A DNA stretch of 64,000 nt from Flaccisagitta enflata (GCA_965153355.1 OZ231126.1:33666001-33730000); one strand, 5' to 3'. Positions 29,345 through 48,874 are shown, counted from the first letter of the stretch. Numbers and translations: made by a program. Notes: a model not told the origin generated them from the letters alone.

Positions 29345-30384
29345 TTATCCATTTTTTGCTAATTTGGCCGAAAAACTCAGCTCTTTCTCTCTCAAAGACA
29401 AACTTCTGCTCTTTCTCTCTCCAAAATCTAAATCAACGGTGAATTTGAATGACTTTGTTTTCCCGTCGCCTTTCTTCTCCAAATCTCGAATGGTCGCGCC
29501 CCCACTTCCTGCCCCCATTTCTCCTACACTACCTTCTCCTCCTCCTCCTCCTCCTCCTGCATCCGGTCCTTTCCTTTTGCCACTTCCAACGGTCAGATCT
29601 TTAATTTCCAATTCTTTGGAGTTGAGCATTTTCAGTTGTTGATCGAAGAATTCCTCACCTCCCGTCTTCCTCTCTCCGAGAACGACGACTTCGTCTTTGA
29701 CTCTAGGGGTCGGCAGCAATTCGACGGGCATTTCCACTTTGGTATCTGCATCCTCCATCACGGTCTCTGCGTCGTTGACGTGAATGTCGACAAAGAAAGG
29801 ACCTCCATCCCCGCCATGACTGCCAAGACGTCGTTTAAGCAGCAGAAGGCCACCGATTTGCCCTTGAAAAGGAAATAGGTCTTTGATACTCGTTTACTTC
29901 GAATCTTTAATGATTAGATATGTATTCCCCCCCCCCCCCCCGTCCGATTTCTTATAATGTTTGGGGTGGATTTCAATCCATTAACATATCATGGAAGACG
30001 TTGTAAGAACTGGTTCATTTTGTTCATGAGAATTCCATGGGAATGATTGTATACGACCGGGAGTTCATACCCCAGCTTCAATTCCATCAAAAAATTTTTT
30101 TCTACAAAGCTAACTTTAAAGCTATGAAAACACATAATCGAATCTTGAACAGAAACTTTTATTTTATAATTGAGCTGGTGAAACAAAGTGTTTATCTGAT
30201 AATCATAATCATATTGAATTATTATGGAAGTATGGGGCCAGATACAGGTAAGCAATTGCTATTCTAGTACGGCTATGAAATAATGTATTACGACATACTT
30301 TATACGCTTGATTTCACACTCTTTGAGGTTGAAGCTTACAACTGCTTTATGCAAATTATCTAGCCAGAGTATCAACACACAGGT

Positions 30385-30430
<46 letters not shown>

Positions 30431-31230
30431 GGATCGACGTGAGAGGTCAGATCATCTCGAGCGTCATGTGTTCTTAAATTCACGGTCTTCGCGGGAGAAG
30501 CCGAAGCCGATTGGATGATAGGGTAATCAAACTGCCCCCTCTTCTCCGATTTGTACGTGTTTGGGCGGACTTTGCTCTCTTCATCTCCGACGTTATCCTC
30601 CTTTCTCATCGGCAACGCAGCACCTCCTCCTCCCCCTCCACCTGATGTTGACGCGGTGGTCGTTGTAGTTGCAGATGTTGCCAACGGCCATTTGAGCGGT
30701 CTTTTGGCTGCTGAAGTAAAAGTGGCAGTCGTTGTAGTTTTCGCCGTTGCCGTCGCCGTCGCCACCGTCGAGTTTGTGGACTTTAGTTTTGGTTGAGTAC
30801 GATTGGAAGCAACGCCATAAGTCGCGGTTGAGACTGGCGCGTGAAAAGAAGCCGGCATCCGATGGCGAGTAGTAGATGTTGAGTTAGTTATCGCGGTCAC
30901 TGTTGTCGAAGATGAAGTGTTGTTATTGGTTGAGATGTTGGATGCTCCGATTAAAGGAGTGGCAGTTGGAGTTTCATATCGCCTTCTTGTGGAATGCAGA
31001 GTTGAGGTGAGTTCTTTTAGCGTGCTTTCTTTCGATGTTGGACCTCGAATCGTCGTCTGAAGTGGCACTGGATCATTTGGTGTGCTGGCACGAAGTGGTG
31101 GATCCAAGGTCGTTAATTTGTTGACCATGTTCGCTGAGGAAAATGAAAACGAAAAATCATAATTTTACAATCTGTCAGTTGTAGTTGCTGTTATTGCTGT
31201 GATTGTTGTTGTCGTTTTTGTTGTTGTTTT

Positions 31231-31325
<95 letters not shown>

Positions 31326-31361
31326 GTTGTCCTCGTTGTCCTCGTCGTTGTCGTTGTTGTT

Positions 31362-31404
<43 letters not shown>

Positions 31405-31425
31405 TCGTTGTTGTTGTTGTTGTTT

Positions 31426-31460
<35 letters not shown>

Positions 31461-32138
31461 ATTGTGGTTGTTTTTGTTGACTTGTTCCTGCTATAATTGA
31501 TGCTACTCTCTTTGTTGCTGTTGTTGTTGTTGATGTGGTTATTATTGTCATTGTCGTTTTGAGGATAATCATTGTTTTTCAAGACTGAGTGCGTGTCTTC
31601 GCATGCGATAAAACATCGCATGCGCGCTTGTATCCTTACCTTTCCTTCTGTAGGTCGCCAGCGCCTTTTGCTTCCCGTTTTTTCTCCAATCCATGTCTGA
31701 TTCTTCCGTGGGACCTTCTAAACTTCCGCCCTGAGTTCTCACTGTCTTCTGTTCCCCGTTCTCTTCTTTATTAGTTCTCTCGGTTGAATCCCTCTGAATT
31801 TCGGTAGTTAAAACCCCAATATTGTCATTTTGGTTGTCTTCGTTTTCTTTCTCGTTTTCAGGTCTTTGTTGTATCTTCTGTAAGTCGCATTTCTTTCCCT
31901 CTTTCTCTTTAGACTCTGGATTTCCTAGCTCCACGATTGTTCCTTTGTCTGTATCCTCTGTAACATGTGTCTTTTCTATCGGCGTCTGGGTTGACATTTT
32001 CTTACTCTTTCTCATTTTTTCGGTGACGTCTTTGGAACTGAACTCCACTGCCTCGCCGATTTCGAATTTCAGTCCGCCTTTTGTTTTGATTGAGTTTTCA
32101 TCATTTGCGCCGCCGCCGCCAGAGGTCTTCTGTTGTTT

Positions 32139-32220
<82 letters not shown>

Positions 32221-33456
32221 CGTTGTTGTTCTTTTATATTTTGATTTCCAGATCTCCACTCTCCGGAAGAGGCGTTGGGGGCACTTTGCGTCGTTCTCAG
32301 CTGCTGTTCGCCGCTGCTGTTGCCGCCGCTTCCAAATTGAGTCTCAAATTTGATTTCATTTTCCTCACTTTTACCCCAAAGTTTTCGCTGCACCGCGGGA
32401 ACAGGAGGCGAAATATGCGCATGAGAGGTCGTGCTTGTCTTTTGTTTTCTCGGCGTTGAATTCGTTTCACCATCTCCTCCTGCGCCACCTCCTTGTCCTT
32501 TCCCTCTTGCTACGTCGTCTCCAGGCGTCATGAGATTCCGCATCATATCGTACATGTCACTCACATCTTTGTCATCATCCTCTGTAGTCTGCTTCTTGGC
32601 CAAAATCGCTCGTCTATCCCCTTGGGAAGTTCTTTTAAGGGGCAGTCCTGGTCTCCGTCCACCTGTCTTTTCATCACTCTTCATTCCTGGTTGGAAGCTT
32701 TTTTCCGGTTTGCCTCGGTTTTTCATGGGATTGTTGGCTTTAAAGATTTCATTTGTCGCGTTTCTTTCCTCTTCCGCCGCTGCTGCTGCGGCGATGGCGG
32801 CAGCGACTGATACGCGTGGCGTCGACGGCGCCACGTTTGCAGCGGTGTCACTATTTTGAGACATGAAATTTGTCGCCGGCGTTTTCTTCCATTTGCCTCT
32901 TCTGTCGCCGGCGCCTCCGGCGTCAAAGTTGTTGTTGGAGTTTGTTGTGACATCATAACTAGATTTAGAATCAATTTTTCTTCTAGGCGAACGTTTTGGC
33001 TTTTCAAATCGCGGCGTTTCTTGCGGCGTTGTTGGATCAGCTTCCCCTCCCCCTCCTCCGACACCGCCATCACCACCATCCTTATCATCCCCAGCCATCC
33101 TCGGTTTCAAAAAGCTTTTCTGCACCACATGATGATCGACGCAAGACTGACTCGGTCTGTCTCTCAGCGCCTCTCTCAACGTGTCCGATCCGACGGCGCC
33201 TCCCCAACCGCGCGCGTTTCCTCCACCTGGCGGCGTTTCTTCCTCAGCCAACGCCGTCTGGGAGTCGAGTCTGTTTCTCAGCGTGTTGGAACCGACAGGC
33301 GCCGACCAGCCAGATGGCGCTTTCCGACGTGGACCATTGCGAGGCGTTATCTCTGGATGTTGTTGGTGATCGTTTAGCTGCGGCTGGTTTTTGGCGCCTT
33401 TTTGACCCTGTTTGTATCGCGGTGAAGCGTCAATGGCCATCTCATAATTTTTGACG

Positions 33457-33547
<91 letters not shown>

Positions 33548-33767
33548 GATGAAAAGGATTTTCAGAGCCAGGAGCCCAGCGCTTTCGTGGGGTTTCTCTT
33601 GCAGATGACGAAGATGTTACGGACCGGGAATGAGGTTGTTGTAATTGTCCATTTCCATCTAACTTGTTGACGTTATTGAAATATATATTGTTTGGAACGT
33701 AAGCGGCAAACCCGGTAGCGTTTGTTGATGGTCCCACACCAATGTGACTCCACGGATTATAATGCAT
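29345..33767 (-). CDS. Uncharacterised low-complexity (polyQ, Gly/Thr-rich) protein, 3 exons: 33767-31640, 31133-30429, 29862-29345; ~1116 aa
   Basis: Three long ORFs joined by canonical phase-1 GT-AG introns (AAG|gtaagg...ttcctcag|CG; CTG|gtgaga...ttttcaag|GG). No domain recognised; start codon not confirmed. Confidence 0.75.
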
Positions 33768-34397
33768 GACTTTTTTCTTAAGTAGGCAGGTCAGGTTAAA
33801 GCTCTTTGATCAATTCAAATTAGCACATTTATGCTCAGCTAGCAAAGCCAAAATACATTCGACTTCTCAAATCGGACAGAAAGGAAAGCGTACTATCTAC
33901 AAAAATGCAATTATAGAGAAAAAGGTTAATCGGCCAGAAGGCTACGTCTGTTCTTACGCCTTTTCTTGTTGGCAAAAATCCAGTTTTCCCACTCCGAGAG
34001 GAGAGGATTTTGTTTGCATGATTTTGGTTGCTAAGGAGTCCATACGAAGAAGAACCAGAATCCGAGTTTCGTTGAACGAGGTTTAGTCAGAGGCTAGAAG
34101 ATTGGAGCTCTTGTCTTCTTTAAACCTAACCTGGTTCAACTGGAAACGCACGAAACTGACCACAGAAACTGCTATATCATGTCAGTCAGTCTCTGACCAT
34201 CGACTAACGCCTTCCCGCTGAGGATTCACTTTCTTGCTGAGCGCAAGCGCTTCAGAGTGATTCCTCTTGAAATAGACGTATTTACGTGCAGGCAACACGG
34301 GTGAAAACGGTCAAAACCTCCGAGCTAAGGAAACAAAAAAAGGGGTTCATAGTATTAGTCTTTGAATTTTCTGAAAGCATTAGGTAAATGATGATTG

Positions 34398-35070
34398 CAC
34401 TTTTTTTTTATATAAGCACCTCGTTTATAAGCACGCCCAGCCTCAGATATTGGGAAAATTTAAGCACATTGCTAAGCACGCTCCAGGCTGAGATTTCCAA
34501 TTTCAAAAAAAATTTTGGTGATTTTATAAAAGTATGCTAATTTTTAGACATTTTTGCTTGGAATTTCACAAAAATCAATGGAAACTTTGATAGAAATTGA
34601 AATTATCAATAACATCAATTTGTCAGTACATTCAAATAATTGAATTTCTAACAATATTTAAGAATATAATTGCTTAGATACTATTGTTACAAAGAATTAA
34701 TTGCTGTTAAAAAGATGATATATTATGATATTAAATAACCCCAAAAATCTAAAAAGTTTATAGTAGATCAAGATAATAATCTCATCCCATGGTTTATATG
34801 AAAGTAAAACAACATCAGTGAGAGATACTGTATATTTTTTATGCAAAATACAATTATTATTATATTTTATACTATATTTCATTCTAAACTATGTAATACT
34901 CTATGCTAAACTGTTTTCTATACCTTACTGTGTACTTTGTTCTATACTGAATAGGATAATTACTTACTGATAAATGATAAGCGCGCATTTAAGCACATTT
35001 CAGCCTCAAAAATGAGATTTTGCTAAGCACGCTCAGCCTCAGCCAAAAAAAGTGCGTGCTTATAAAAAAA
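34398..35070. mobile_element. AT-rich MITE-like element
   Basis: Terminal inverted motif ttttt..tataagcac / gtgcttataaaaaaa with internal taagcacg repeats. Confidence 0.5.
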
Positions 35071-35084
35071 CTAGTCATCCAAGG

Positions 35085-35655
35085 ATCGCACATGGTCAGC
35101 GGTACCCGATGCCCTGCTTGGGGTGATCAAGTGAAGTAGTGGAGTGAGTGCAGGGCAGCGGCCCCAAAGGGCCGATGTCCTGTAGGACACAGGGGGGAAT
35201 TTCCAGACGTCCTGGGGGGGAATATAGCAGGCTTAGGAGGTAATTGAGGCAGGTTTGAGGTCTGGGGGAAGATTTATGCCCGAAGATTAAATTTGAGGTC
35301 TGGGGGCAGGCCTTAGGCAGATTTGAGGCCTGGAGGGCTGATTTGGGGCCTGGAATGCTGATTTGAGGTCTGGAGAGCGGATTTGAGGCCTGGAGAGCTG
35401 ATTTGATGCCTTGAGAGCTGATTTGTGGCCTGGAGAGCTGATTTGAGGCCCGGAGAGCTGATTTGAGGCCTGGAGGGCTAATTTGAGGGCTCAGAGGGCC
35501 TAAATCAGGCCTGAGAGTGAGGATATGAGGCCTCGATGGCCAACCGGGGGGGGGGACGGACGGAAGGACGGAAGGACGGACGGAAGGACGGACGTCTGGA
35601 AATTCCCCCCTGTGTCCTACAGGACATCGGCCCTTTGGGGCCGCTGCCCAAAAAG
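35085..35655. mobile_element. Element with perfect 60-bp inverted repeats around a ~21-bp tandem array; diverged relatives at 58874-59338 and 59564-60000
   Basis: 35153-35212 is the exact reverse complement of 35590-35649. The interior has ggcctggagagctgatttga repeats and (GGAC)n. The leader gtcagcggtacccg.tgccctg is shared with the 58.9 and 59.6 kb copies. Confidence 0.75.
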
Positions 35656-35879
35656 TGTATCTATGGAAGATAGCAAGTTGTTCTTTTTGCATTTAGATTT
35701 ACATGGTTATGTGGATTATACAGTGCATTAATACACCATAGGCTACTCTTTCGGTGTATCAAGTGACTGATGGGGAAATTATGACGACGCGACTTCATGC
35801 AAATGATCCCTTCTTCTGAGAATGCGATCGAGTGTCTTCACCCCTCACCTAAACTGGGGCACCGGGCAGTAGCAACACA

Positions 35880-35933
<54 letters not shown>

Positions 35934-36118
35934 CTCTCACTCTCCTCGCTTGCGATGTTAACGTGTAAATGTAATTGAATACCTACTGTGTGCTTTTTGA
36001 GGCTGAGGTGTCCAAAGTTGAATTTTTCGAGCTGACATGGCTTACAAACTACCTCTACTGATGGCGCAACGATCAGAGCTGAGGAAACATCAGAAGAAAA
36101 AAAATTGCGCGTGAAATA

Positions 36119-41264
<5,146 letters not shown>

Positions 41265-41641
41265 AAATATGACGCTCATGAAGTGAAATCTTATTTTTTT
41301 TCTTTGTAGCAAACTAGCAATTGTGTTGTTATAAACATTTCGTCCCCCTCTTGTTTGCAATTTTTTTGTCGCTTTATTGCAGTCTAGAAGTAGCTTTATT
41401 TTACTGTTTTGGTAGTTCAGTTGTTGGTTTGTTAAGTTAGCCGTTTCGTTTTTTGCATTTATTTTTATTTGTTTTGTTTTGTTTTTTGCATTGGTCATGT
41501 TCTTGGTCTGTTTGTCGGTCACGATTTCTTGCGTTATATAGCACGTTAGCTAAAATAGTTACTTTGAAAGCAGCAAGCGCCACATTCTCTTTTAAGTTCT
41601 TTCACATCCTCAAATGAGCATCCATTTTTGTCTGCGACGGA

Positions 41642-42235
41642 ATACCATTCCGACGCGGACTATAATTCGAGGCGGGTGGGTGTCGTCGTCGTCGTCATCG
41701 TGATTGTCGTCGTCCACACTTTTAAAAATGGGCTAACTTTTGAACGCCTTGACCAATTTGCTTCATATTTGGAGGGAAGTTGTACTAGGGTAAGCCGCTT
41801 TGCAGCCTATGCGTATGTTATGATTGGACCCACCCAACCAGCCCAACCAGCCTACCAGCCTAAAAGGGAAAAATGTGCATAACTTCAGCATTTTTCAACC
41901 AATTTGGTTGAAACTTGGTATGTAGTCTCTAAATGGAAGTACTCAACATATGTATATGATTTTTAAAGATTTTAGCATGCTAACCGGCCAAACCGGCCAA
42001 CCATCCAACTAGCCTACCAGCCTAAAGGTGAAAAATGTGCATAACTTTGGCATTTTTCAACTGATTTGGTTGAAACTTGGTATGTAGTCTCTAAATAGAA
42101 GGACTCAACAAATGTATTTGATTTGTGTAGATTCTAGCATGCTAACCGGCCAAACCAGCCTACCACCCAACCGGCCTTTCAGCCTGAAATAAAGAAATGT
42201 GCATAACTTTGGCATCTTTCAACCAATTTGGTTGA
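41642..42235 (+). mobile_element. pearl/HINE-like element with ~118-bp tandem repeats, left part; array resumes at 56837-57250
   Basis: (GTC)n-gtccacactt head, then tandem units ...aaaatgtgcataacttt..cattttt caaccaatttggttgaaacttggtatgtagtctctaaatggaagg...; one unit is split at 42235/56837. Confidence 0.7.
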
Positions 42236-42319
42236 GAAAAACCCTTGACTTCTCAAATTGTGGCTCTCCGCCAATTTTTCTTGGTGGAATGTTTCTCTCT
42301 CTCTCTCTCTCCTACATAG

Positions 42320-42605
42320 AGCAATCCTCCAAACTCGAGGAACGATCCTCCAAACTCGAGGAACGATCATCCAAACTGGAGGAACGATCATCCAAACTGG
42401 AGGAACGATCATCCAAACTGGAGGAACGATCCTCCAAACTGGAGGAACGATCCTCCAAACTGGAGGAACGATCCTCCAAACTGGAGGAACGATCCTCCAA
42501 ACTGGAGGAACGATCCTCCAAACTGGAGGAACGATCCTCCAAACTGGAGGAACGATCCTCCAAACTGGAGGAACGATCCTCCAAACTGGAGGAACGATCC
42601 TCCAA
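42320..42605. repeat. 21-bp minisatellite (gatcctccaaactggaggaac)n; also 54020-54140, 55568-55855 and a variant at 56590-56810, with adjacent ~155-160-bp higher-order units
   Basis: Direct inspection; each unit contains the inverted pair cctcca/tggagg. Confidence 0.95.
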
Positions 42606-45600
42606 ATTGCTGGAATGAGACAAATTGCATTTCTAAATCCCCTTTTAAACCCCAACCAATAAGCCCCAACCATTCCATTTTTTTTGGAGGAACCCAGAAA
42701 GAGATATAGTGCGAGTTCCTCCAATATTATCCTCCAATTTGGAGGAACGATCCTCCAAATTGCTTGAATGGTCCAGACTACATTTCTAAATCCCCTTTTA
42801 AACCCCAGCCAATAAGCCACAATCATTCCAATTTTATTTTGGAGGAACTCAGAAAGAGATAAAGTGTGAGTTCTTCCAATATTATCCTCCAAATTGGAGG
42901 AACGATCCTTGAAATTGCTAGAATAGCCAAAAAGATCAAAGATAATCTCTAAATCCCCTATTAAACCCCAGTAAATAAGCCTAATTCATTATTTCATTTT
43001 GGCGGAGCTCAGAATGAGATATACAGAGAGTTCTGCCTATTTGGCGGAACGAACTATCTAACTCAAATTGATCATCATGGGTGGTTGAGATGTTGACACA
43101 GTCTTGCAGATGGTGGTGGTAGTGATGGTGGTATTGATGATCATGATGATGATCGTGATGATGATGATGATTTTGGTTATGATGATGATCATGATGATGA
43201 TTGTGATCACCATAATGATGATAATTGTGATGTTGATCATGTTGATTGTGATGATTTTGAGGATGATCACGATGTTGACCATGATGATGGTGAAGATGAT
43301 CATGTTGACTGTGATGATCATAATAATGGTGACTATGATTGTGATGATGATCGTGATGATGAAAGTGATGATTTCAACTCTTTCTCACCTTCAGCAAGTC
43401 TCTAAATTCCTTTCCGAAATAAACCGCCAGTTGACAGAACGATCTCTCAGAAAGAGATATAGTAAGAGTTCCGCCAGTCTTTTCCGCGAAATTTTCGTAA
43501 CAATCCTCCAACTTGGAGAACCCTTTTTAAAAGGCTTAATAATAAATTAATCTCAAGCAATTGAGATGTTGACTTACACCCTTGTAAATGATAGTCATGA
43601 TGTGATGATGGTGACGAAGGTGATAGTGATGATATTTACATATGTCAATGAGATGGTGATGATCATCGTTGTTAACAAGATGATGAAAATCACCCTTATG
43701 CGTCAGATGTAGTTGGTGATAATCGTCATCAAGCATAACTTTTTGTTGATATCTTGTAAATGAGATAATAATCCACTGAGAGTGTATAATGATCATTCTT
43801 GTGAATAGAACATTAGTGATCAATCCTATGACTGAGGTGTCAAAAAAACACCTTTGTAGATGAAATAGTGATGATCACTGATGATGGCTAATAATTGATG
43901 ATCACTGATGACAATTGATGATTATCACTGATGATCACTGATCGATGATGGTGATAATCACTAATGATGATCATTGATCACTAATGATGATCATTGATCA
44001 CTACCGATGATCACTGATCATTGATGATCACCAATGATGATTAACTTTATGTTGTTGGCGCTCTCTGAGAATCCGTTATGCGGTCTTTATTCTCTGATGA
44101 TCACATCGCCATCTTCTTTCTAGTGATTATCACTGTTCTTGTTTCTTTCTTGACCATCATAGTCAACGTTCTGGCTCTTGTGATCATCAGTGTGGAAGGA
44201 CATGATCTGAAAAGTGGGTGAACCAAATCTCTAGTTACTCGAACACGCATATATAAATAACCTCCTAAACTTCTCTCTTATCTGTCGTCATCATTGTAGT
44301 CTTTTAGTTCATCCCAATTGACATCGATCTTTCGTTTTGTCTGTTATTGATGCAAGAGATTCATGACTTTTCTCGATCTGATTGACTTGGGTTCAGTTAT
44401 CCCTCGGTAGACTTTAATTTAGAATCTGATCTGTTTGTTCTATGAACCTGACTTTTTCATGGGTAGACGCTTTGTTGGCAATATGATATGTTTCAAATCT
44501 CATGATTCTACCATTTACAGTTTATTAGTTATGAATACTTTTTTATTAAATCATGACTTAAATAATATCCGAGGGAATGGTACGGCTTTTTGTTAAAACA
44601 CGGCCGCACGTTTCAGCCATATTGTTTGTCTCGTGTTGATTGTTCAAGAAATTAAGTTGCAAACTCCGCGGGGATGAAAGATCGCCGCGCGGTTTCTACT
44701 TTTATACTTATCAAAAATGTTTTTATCTTTCAAACAGTAAGAGATATCTGCATGAAATTTTAAACATGTAATATCTATACATAAGACCGCTCACTGAGAA
44801 TTATTCAATGTAGTTATGACAGGTAAACATAATAAAAACTTAGATGAATATCATGTTTTTGACTATGTGAAAAAAAATGTTTTATGCGATTAAGGCCGAA
44901 GTAATTACATGATCGCCGTACAACTTACCCAGGAATTGTCCATGGGTTGGATGGTTGTCCATGCAAAATTTCAGAAAATTTTGTAAAATATTTTTATAGC
45001 TATGCTTATTTGAAATTTTTGGGTAGGTAGGCTGGTTTGGGTGGTTGTACTCACTGGAATTTCTTGGAACTTCACACATCAGTAGACAAGGGCAAATGAT
45101 GTTACCATTCAAAAAATCAAGTCAATCGGTCATTCCGTTCATGAGATATGAGCTTTCAAAGTTTGGGTAAAAAAAGTCACGACGGATTCCGCCACTTTGA
45201 GAAAAAAAATTACGAACATGTTTCGTTCTCAGACTCTGCGTATTTCGCGCTTGAGTGCTCATGAAATCATGAACGGTGTTTCTTCTTTTGATCACAACAT
45301 CTAAACTATTAGTAGTATTAAAAAAAAAACTAGGCTGGATACACGGCTACCCCAGTCGTGTGCAGGTGGGCAGGGGCTGTATTTGTGGTCTCTCAATTGT
45401 TTGGGCAGGCGCAGTGAGGCCAAAGACTGCAAAAAAAAGTAAAGTGTGACGGACCAACGCACAGTCCGTCGTGATGAGAAAAAAATCAAATTGTTGAGAG
45501 TTTAAAATCGCCCTACCCGAGCTATTACTCATTTTTATCAATTCCAATTGGCTCCAGTAAACCAAAGTAATTGAATCCCAATAATTACGAGTGCATAGAA

Positions 45601-45750
45601 CAGTTTTACTCAAGAATTTCCAAGCGCAAAAGTAAGTCCAGGCTTAATTTGCAAAATTAAAAAGTCAGAGATTGAGCTAAATCTCAGCCCATAGTTTTTT
45701 GCGCTATTACGCGCGTTAGAGATACCGTCATATCAAGTAGTGAGACAAGG

Positions 45751-45923
45751 AACAAGGCCGGATACACGGCTACCGAAGTTGCGTGCGGGTGGGCAGGGGC
45801 CGTATTTGAGGTCACTAGACTATTGGGGCAGGAGCAGTGAGGTCAAAAAAGTAAAATGGGGACCAACTGACCAACCGACGGACGGACAAAGCGGGGTGTA
45901 GAGTCGCGTAGCACGCGACTAAA
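45751..45923 (-). mobile_element. Short HINE-like family 2 element (relative at 59355-59563)
   Basis: aacaaggccggatacacggctacc...gcgggtgggcagggg ... (GACG/ACCG)n ... agtcgcgtagcacgcgactaaaa. Confidence 0.7.
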
Positions 45924-46508
45924 AAGGGTGAAAATTGATCAACATTGAGGATCCTAGAAGATCCTGATTTTTTTTCCCATCACTCATAAATCTGATTGAT
46001 TGTGCTACGGACGGTCGGCCCGACGGACTGACAAAGCAGGTTGTAGTCGCGTAGCACGCGACTAATAAAACAGAGGAAAGCTTAAACGCTACACTTTCTA
46101 ATGATGTAAAATTTGATAGTAATATTTTTTGAAATATAGCAACGCGGTAACTATCTTCAGACCGGCCACCTTAAAAAGTTGATTCAGGAAATTCCTCCAG
46201 ACTGGCGAAGACGAGCGAAGGTTAATATCTACCCTCGGTCCGTTGGTCCATCTTGCATCAGTCATGTGTTGCTTTGGTCCGAGATAATAGAGTTGAAGAG
46301 CGAACGTTTTATTCACATTGAGTATGTTTGTGTATGGGGGTTGAATGCCCTTGCAAACCCATCTAAAACAACATTTGTCCCCGCTCATGCACTGCATTGT
46401 GATTTGTGATTTGTCATGATTTTGTCATCTTTATCTATCTTGTGATTTGTCACCAATACGTGTGCCCGCGAACCCGGTGCATGCAGTTTTGCTGTTGGGC
46501 CTGTAGTT

Positions 46509-46778
46509 TTTAGATGCGTCCACGCATCTCTATAAGAGGCTTTGTCCGTCCGTCGGTCCGTCGGTCCGTCCGTCGGTCCGTGGTGATCGAGTTGAGAACG
46601 ATGAAAATGCATAGAATCTTCAAAATATCTCAGATTATTGCATCATTCCGTTGACTCTTGACTGGTTCACACTCCCAGAATAACATTGCATCATTCCACA
46701 TGATTGATGCAATATTGCATCATTCTTAACAAGCTAAGCCGCATGTGGACGCATCGTTGTACCCCCGGGGTACTTGTT
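46509..46778 (+). mobile_element. HINE/DINE-1-like element
   Basis: 5' agatgcgtccacgcatct palindrome, (GTCC)n, 3' ggacgcatc inverted copy plus hairpin gtacccccggggtac, ending ttgtt. Confidence 0.75.
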
Positions 46779-48874
46779 GCTAGCTGCGTGCCCGTCGTGC
46801 AGGCTCTTGTCTCTTTTATCTTCTTTTATCTCTCATGCTTTCTAAAAATGAAAAAAAAACATGCAAAATAAGCGTCCTCAGCCTTCTTTTTGCCCTCTCG
46901 CTTCATTCCTTTATCCAATCACTAATTCATTCATTTTCTTATTCATTCATTCATGAATTCACTCATTCCTTCATTCTTTTTTCCCTTTTTTGAATCGCGA
47001 GACACAAGTATTGGAATTAACTCCCCCTTTTTAGTTGCGTACACGCAACTCTACAAGAAGCTTTGTACGTCCGTCCATAGGTCCGTTGATACGTTAGTCC
47101 ATGTGCACAAGTCAAAAAGTGGGAAAACGAGCGTTTAAGAAGCCTTTTGAGAATGTGTCTGTGTGAGAAATATCTACTGGCCAAATTGGCTAATAACTGG
47201 TCAAAATTAGGCCAAATATGGGAAAAATTGATATGGCTTGGAATTTTTTTCTCCGCTTTAGTTGAAACTTGGTACAGAGGTAAAATTCGATGCAAGAACA
47301 TGACTCTTAAAGAAACGAGTCAAGCGTAGTGATCAAATTGACCTAAAACTGGTCGATTTTATTTGAATTCCACTCAATTTGTATACCTTAATATAACTGG
47401 CGCTCACAGAAAATTTATAAGCTGCTAAGCAAAACGAAACCTTTTTACTGACTCCTAAGACATCAAGTTTGATGGTAACTATAAGAAATCCAGATAAAAC
47501 ACACTTTGAAAAATTACTACTTCAGGGGTTGGACCGTCAGCCTGAAATAAGAATGGACCGATAATATTATATAATTTTTATTTAAATATCATAAAAATAT
47601 CTTAAGACTTTAATATTTAGTATTTGTTTTAACAATATTTAATAAAAATATACTTGATATAAGTAAATAATAGTATCTCATAAGGTTTTCTATAGTTTAT
47701 AAAGTATTTTGAATAAAGAACGCTCTAAGAACGTTGAAGGCTTCATTCGGCCTCAAAAATAAGAACATGAATCCTTCGAGAAAAAAAACGACGTTCTTAT
47801 AAAAAGTGTAGTGAGGGATATTGTTCCTCCTTAAGAAATCAGTTTTAATCTTAGTAAGAATCAGTCTTCGATCGATCGATGCTGCTGTGTCCGCTGATTC
47901 CGCGGCCACGGTCATCATCATCATCGGAAAGGACGTTTCATCGGGATTCATTGGTATCTGTCATCAGAGAAAGGACGGCATTGTCTCTCAGACCGAGGTT
48001 CCTCATTGGTAGTTCTGATAACGATGATTGTAAGATTTGGAGAAGTTGTTGTTGTTGTTGTTGTTATCACTTTAGAATATGACAATCATTTCATGCGACA
48101 TTCAGCAGGAGTTCAATAGTGTTTTTTGCAAGGGTGGATCAGTTCGATAATGAAAAAGATGAAAAAAATAAAGAAAGAAATTTGGGGAGATGATCACAGA
48201 TCAAAAATGATTTAACAAGATCAACAGCAGTTCGAACTCGAACTGTCATAGATGTGGTAAATTAGAAAGACTTCACAGATCGATTTTCGAACTACTGCCA
48301 CGGCACTTGGGTGCTTCGCATAGCAAAAGTTGGTTACTTCTTTTCACCCTCTTTAGTTAATGCGGAGTGGCTTATTTTAGGACCCTTACTATTTTTCTTT
48401 TATCAAAAATTGTTTATCTTCCGTTTTTTAGAAAATTGTTTTTGAGGACCTAATTTGCATAATGCAGTAGCATAAAACAATATACTGAAATTCTTTGAAT
48501 TAGCTTTTACAAATTTCTATTTCTATTTCTATTTATTAAATTGTTAATCTGCCTTTCAATAGATCTTCCGTAGCTTATGTTCTGATATTTTAGTTTATTT
48601 TTACAAAGATCATGATTTTTTAAAACAAATAGTTGTCCTTTTTGTAACAAAACTATATAGGATTTTGCTGAATTCTGGGAAATCTGTGGAAACTTTAAGG
48701 CCAAAACAAAAATGGATGATAAATGATTTTTAAAAAAAATAAAATGATCATCTTCATGATTTTAGCTCCTCCACACAAGTCAAGTTGGGAGAAGGGATAC
48801 TACGAACTTTTGCTATGTGAAGCACCCAACCACTGCACCCATTCATTGACGTTAAACAGCATCTGCCCATGTTT

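Noticed and set aside
42179-42892. WRIVPPV / LEERSSK heptad-repeat ORFs (also 55306-56025) as repeat proteins
   Set aside because: A 21-bp palindromic minisatellite open in several frames on both strands; no splice or start context
46161-48010. Exon-like segments TGHLKKLIQEIPPDWRRRAK (46161-46220) and 47860-48000
   Set aside because: Could not be linked in phase to neighbouring exons, no recognisable homology, and they lie inside the large insertion
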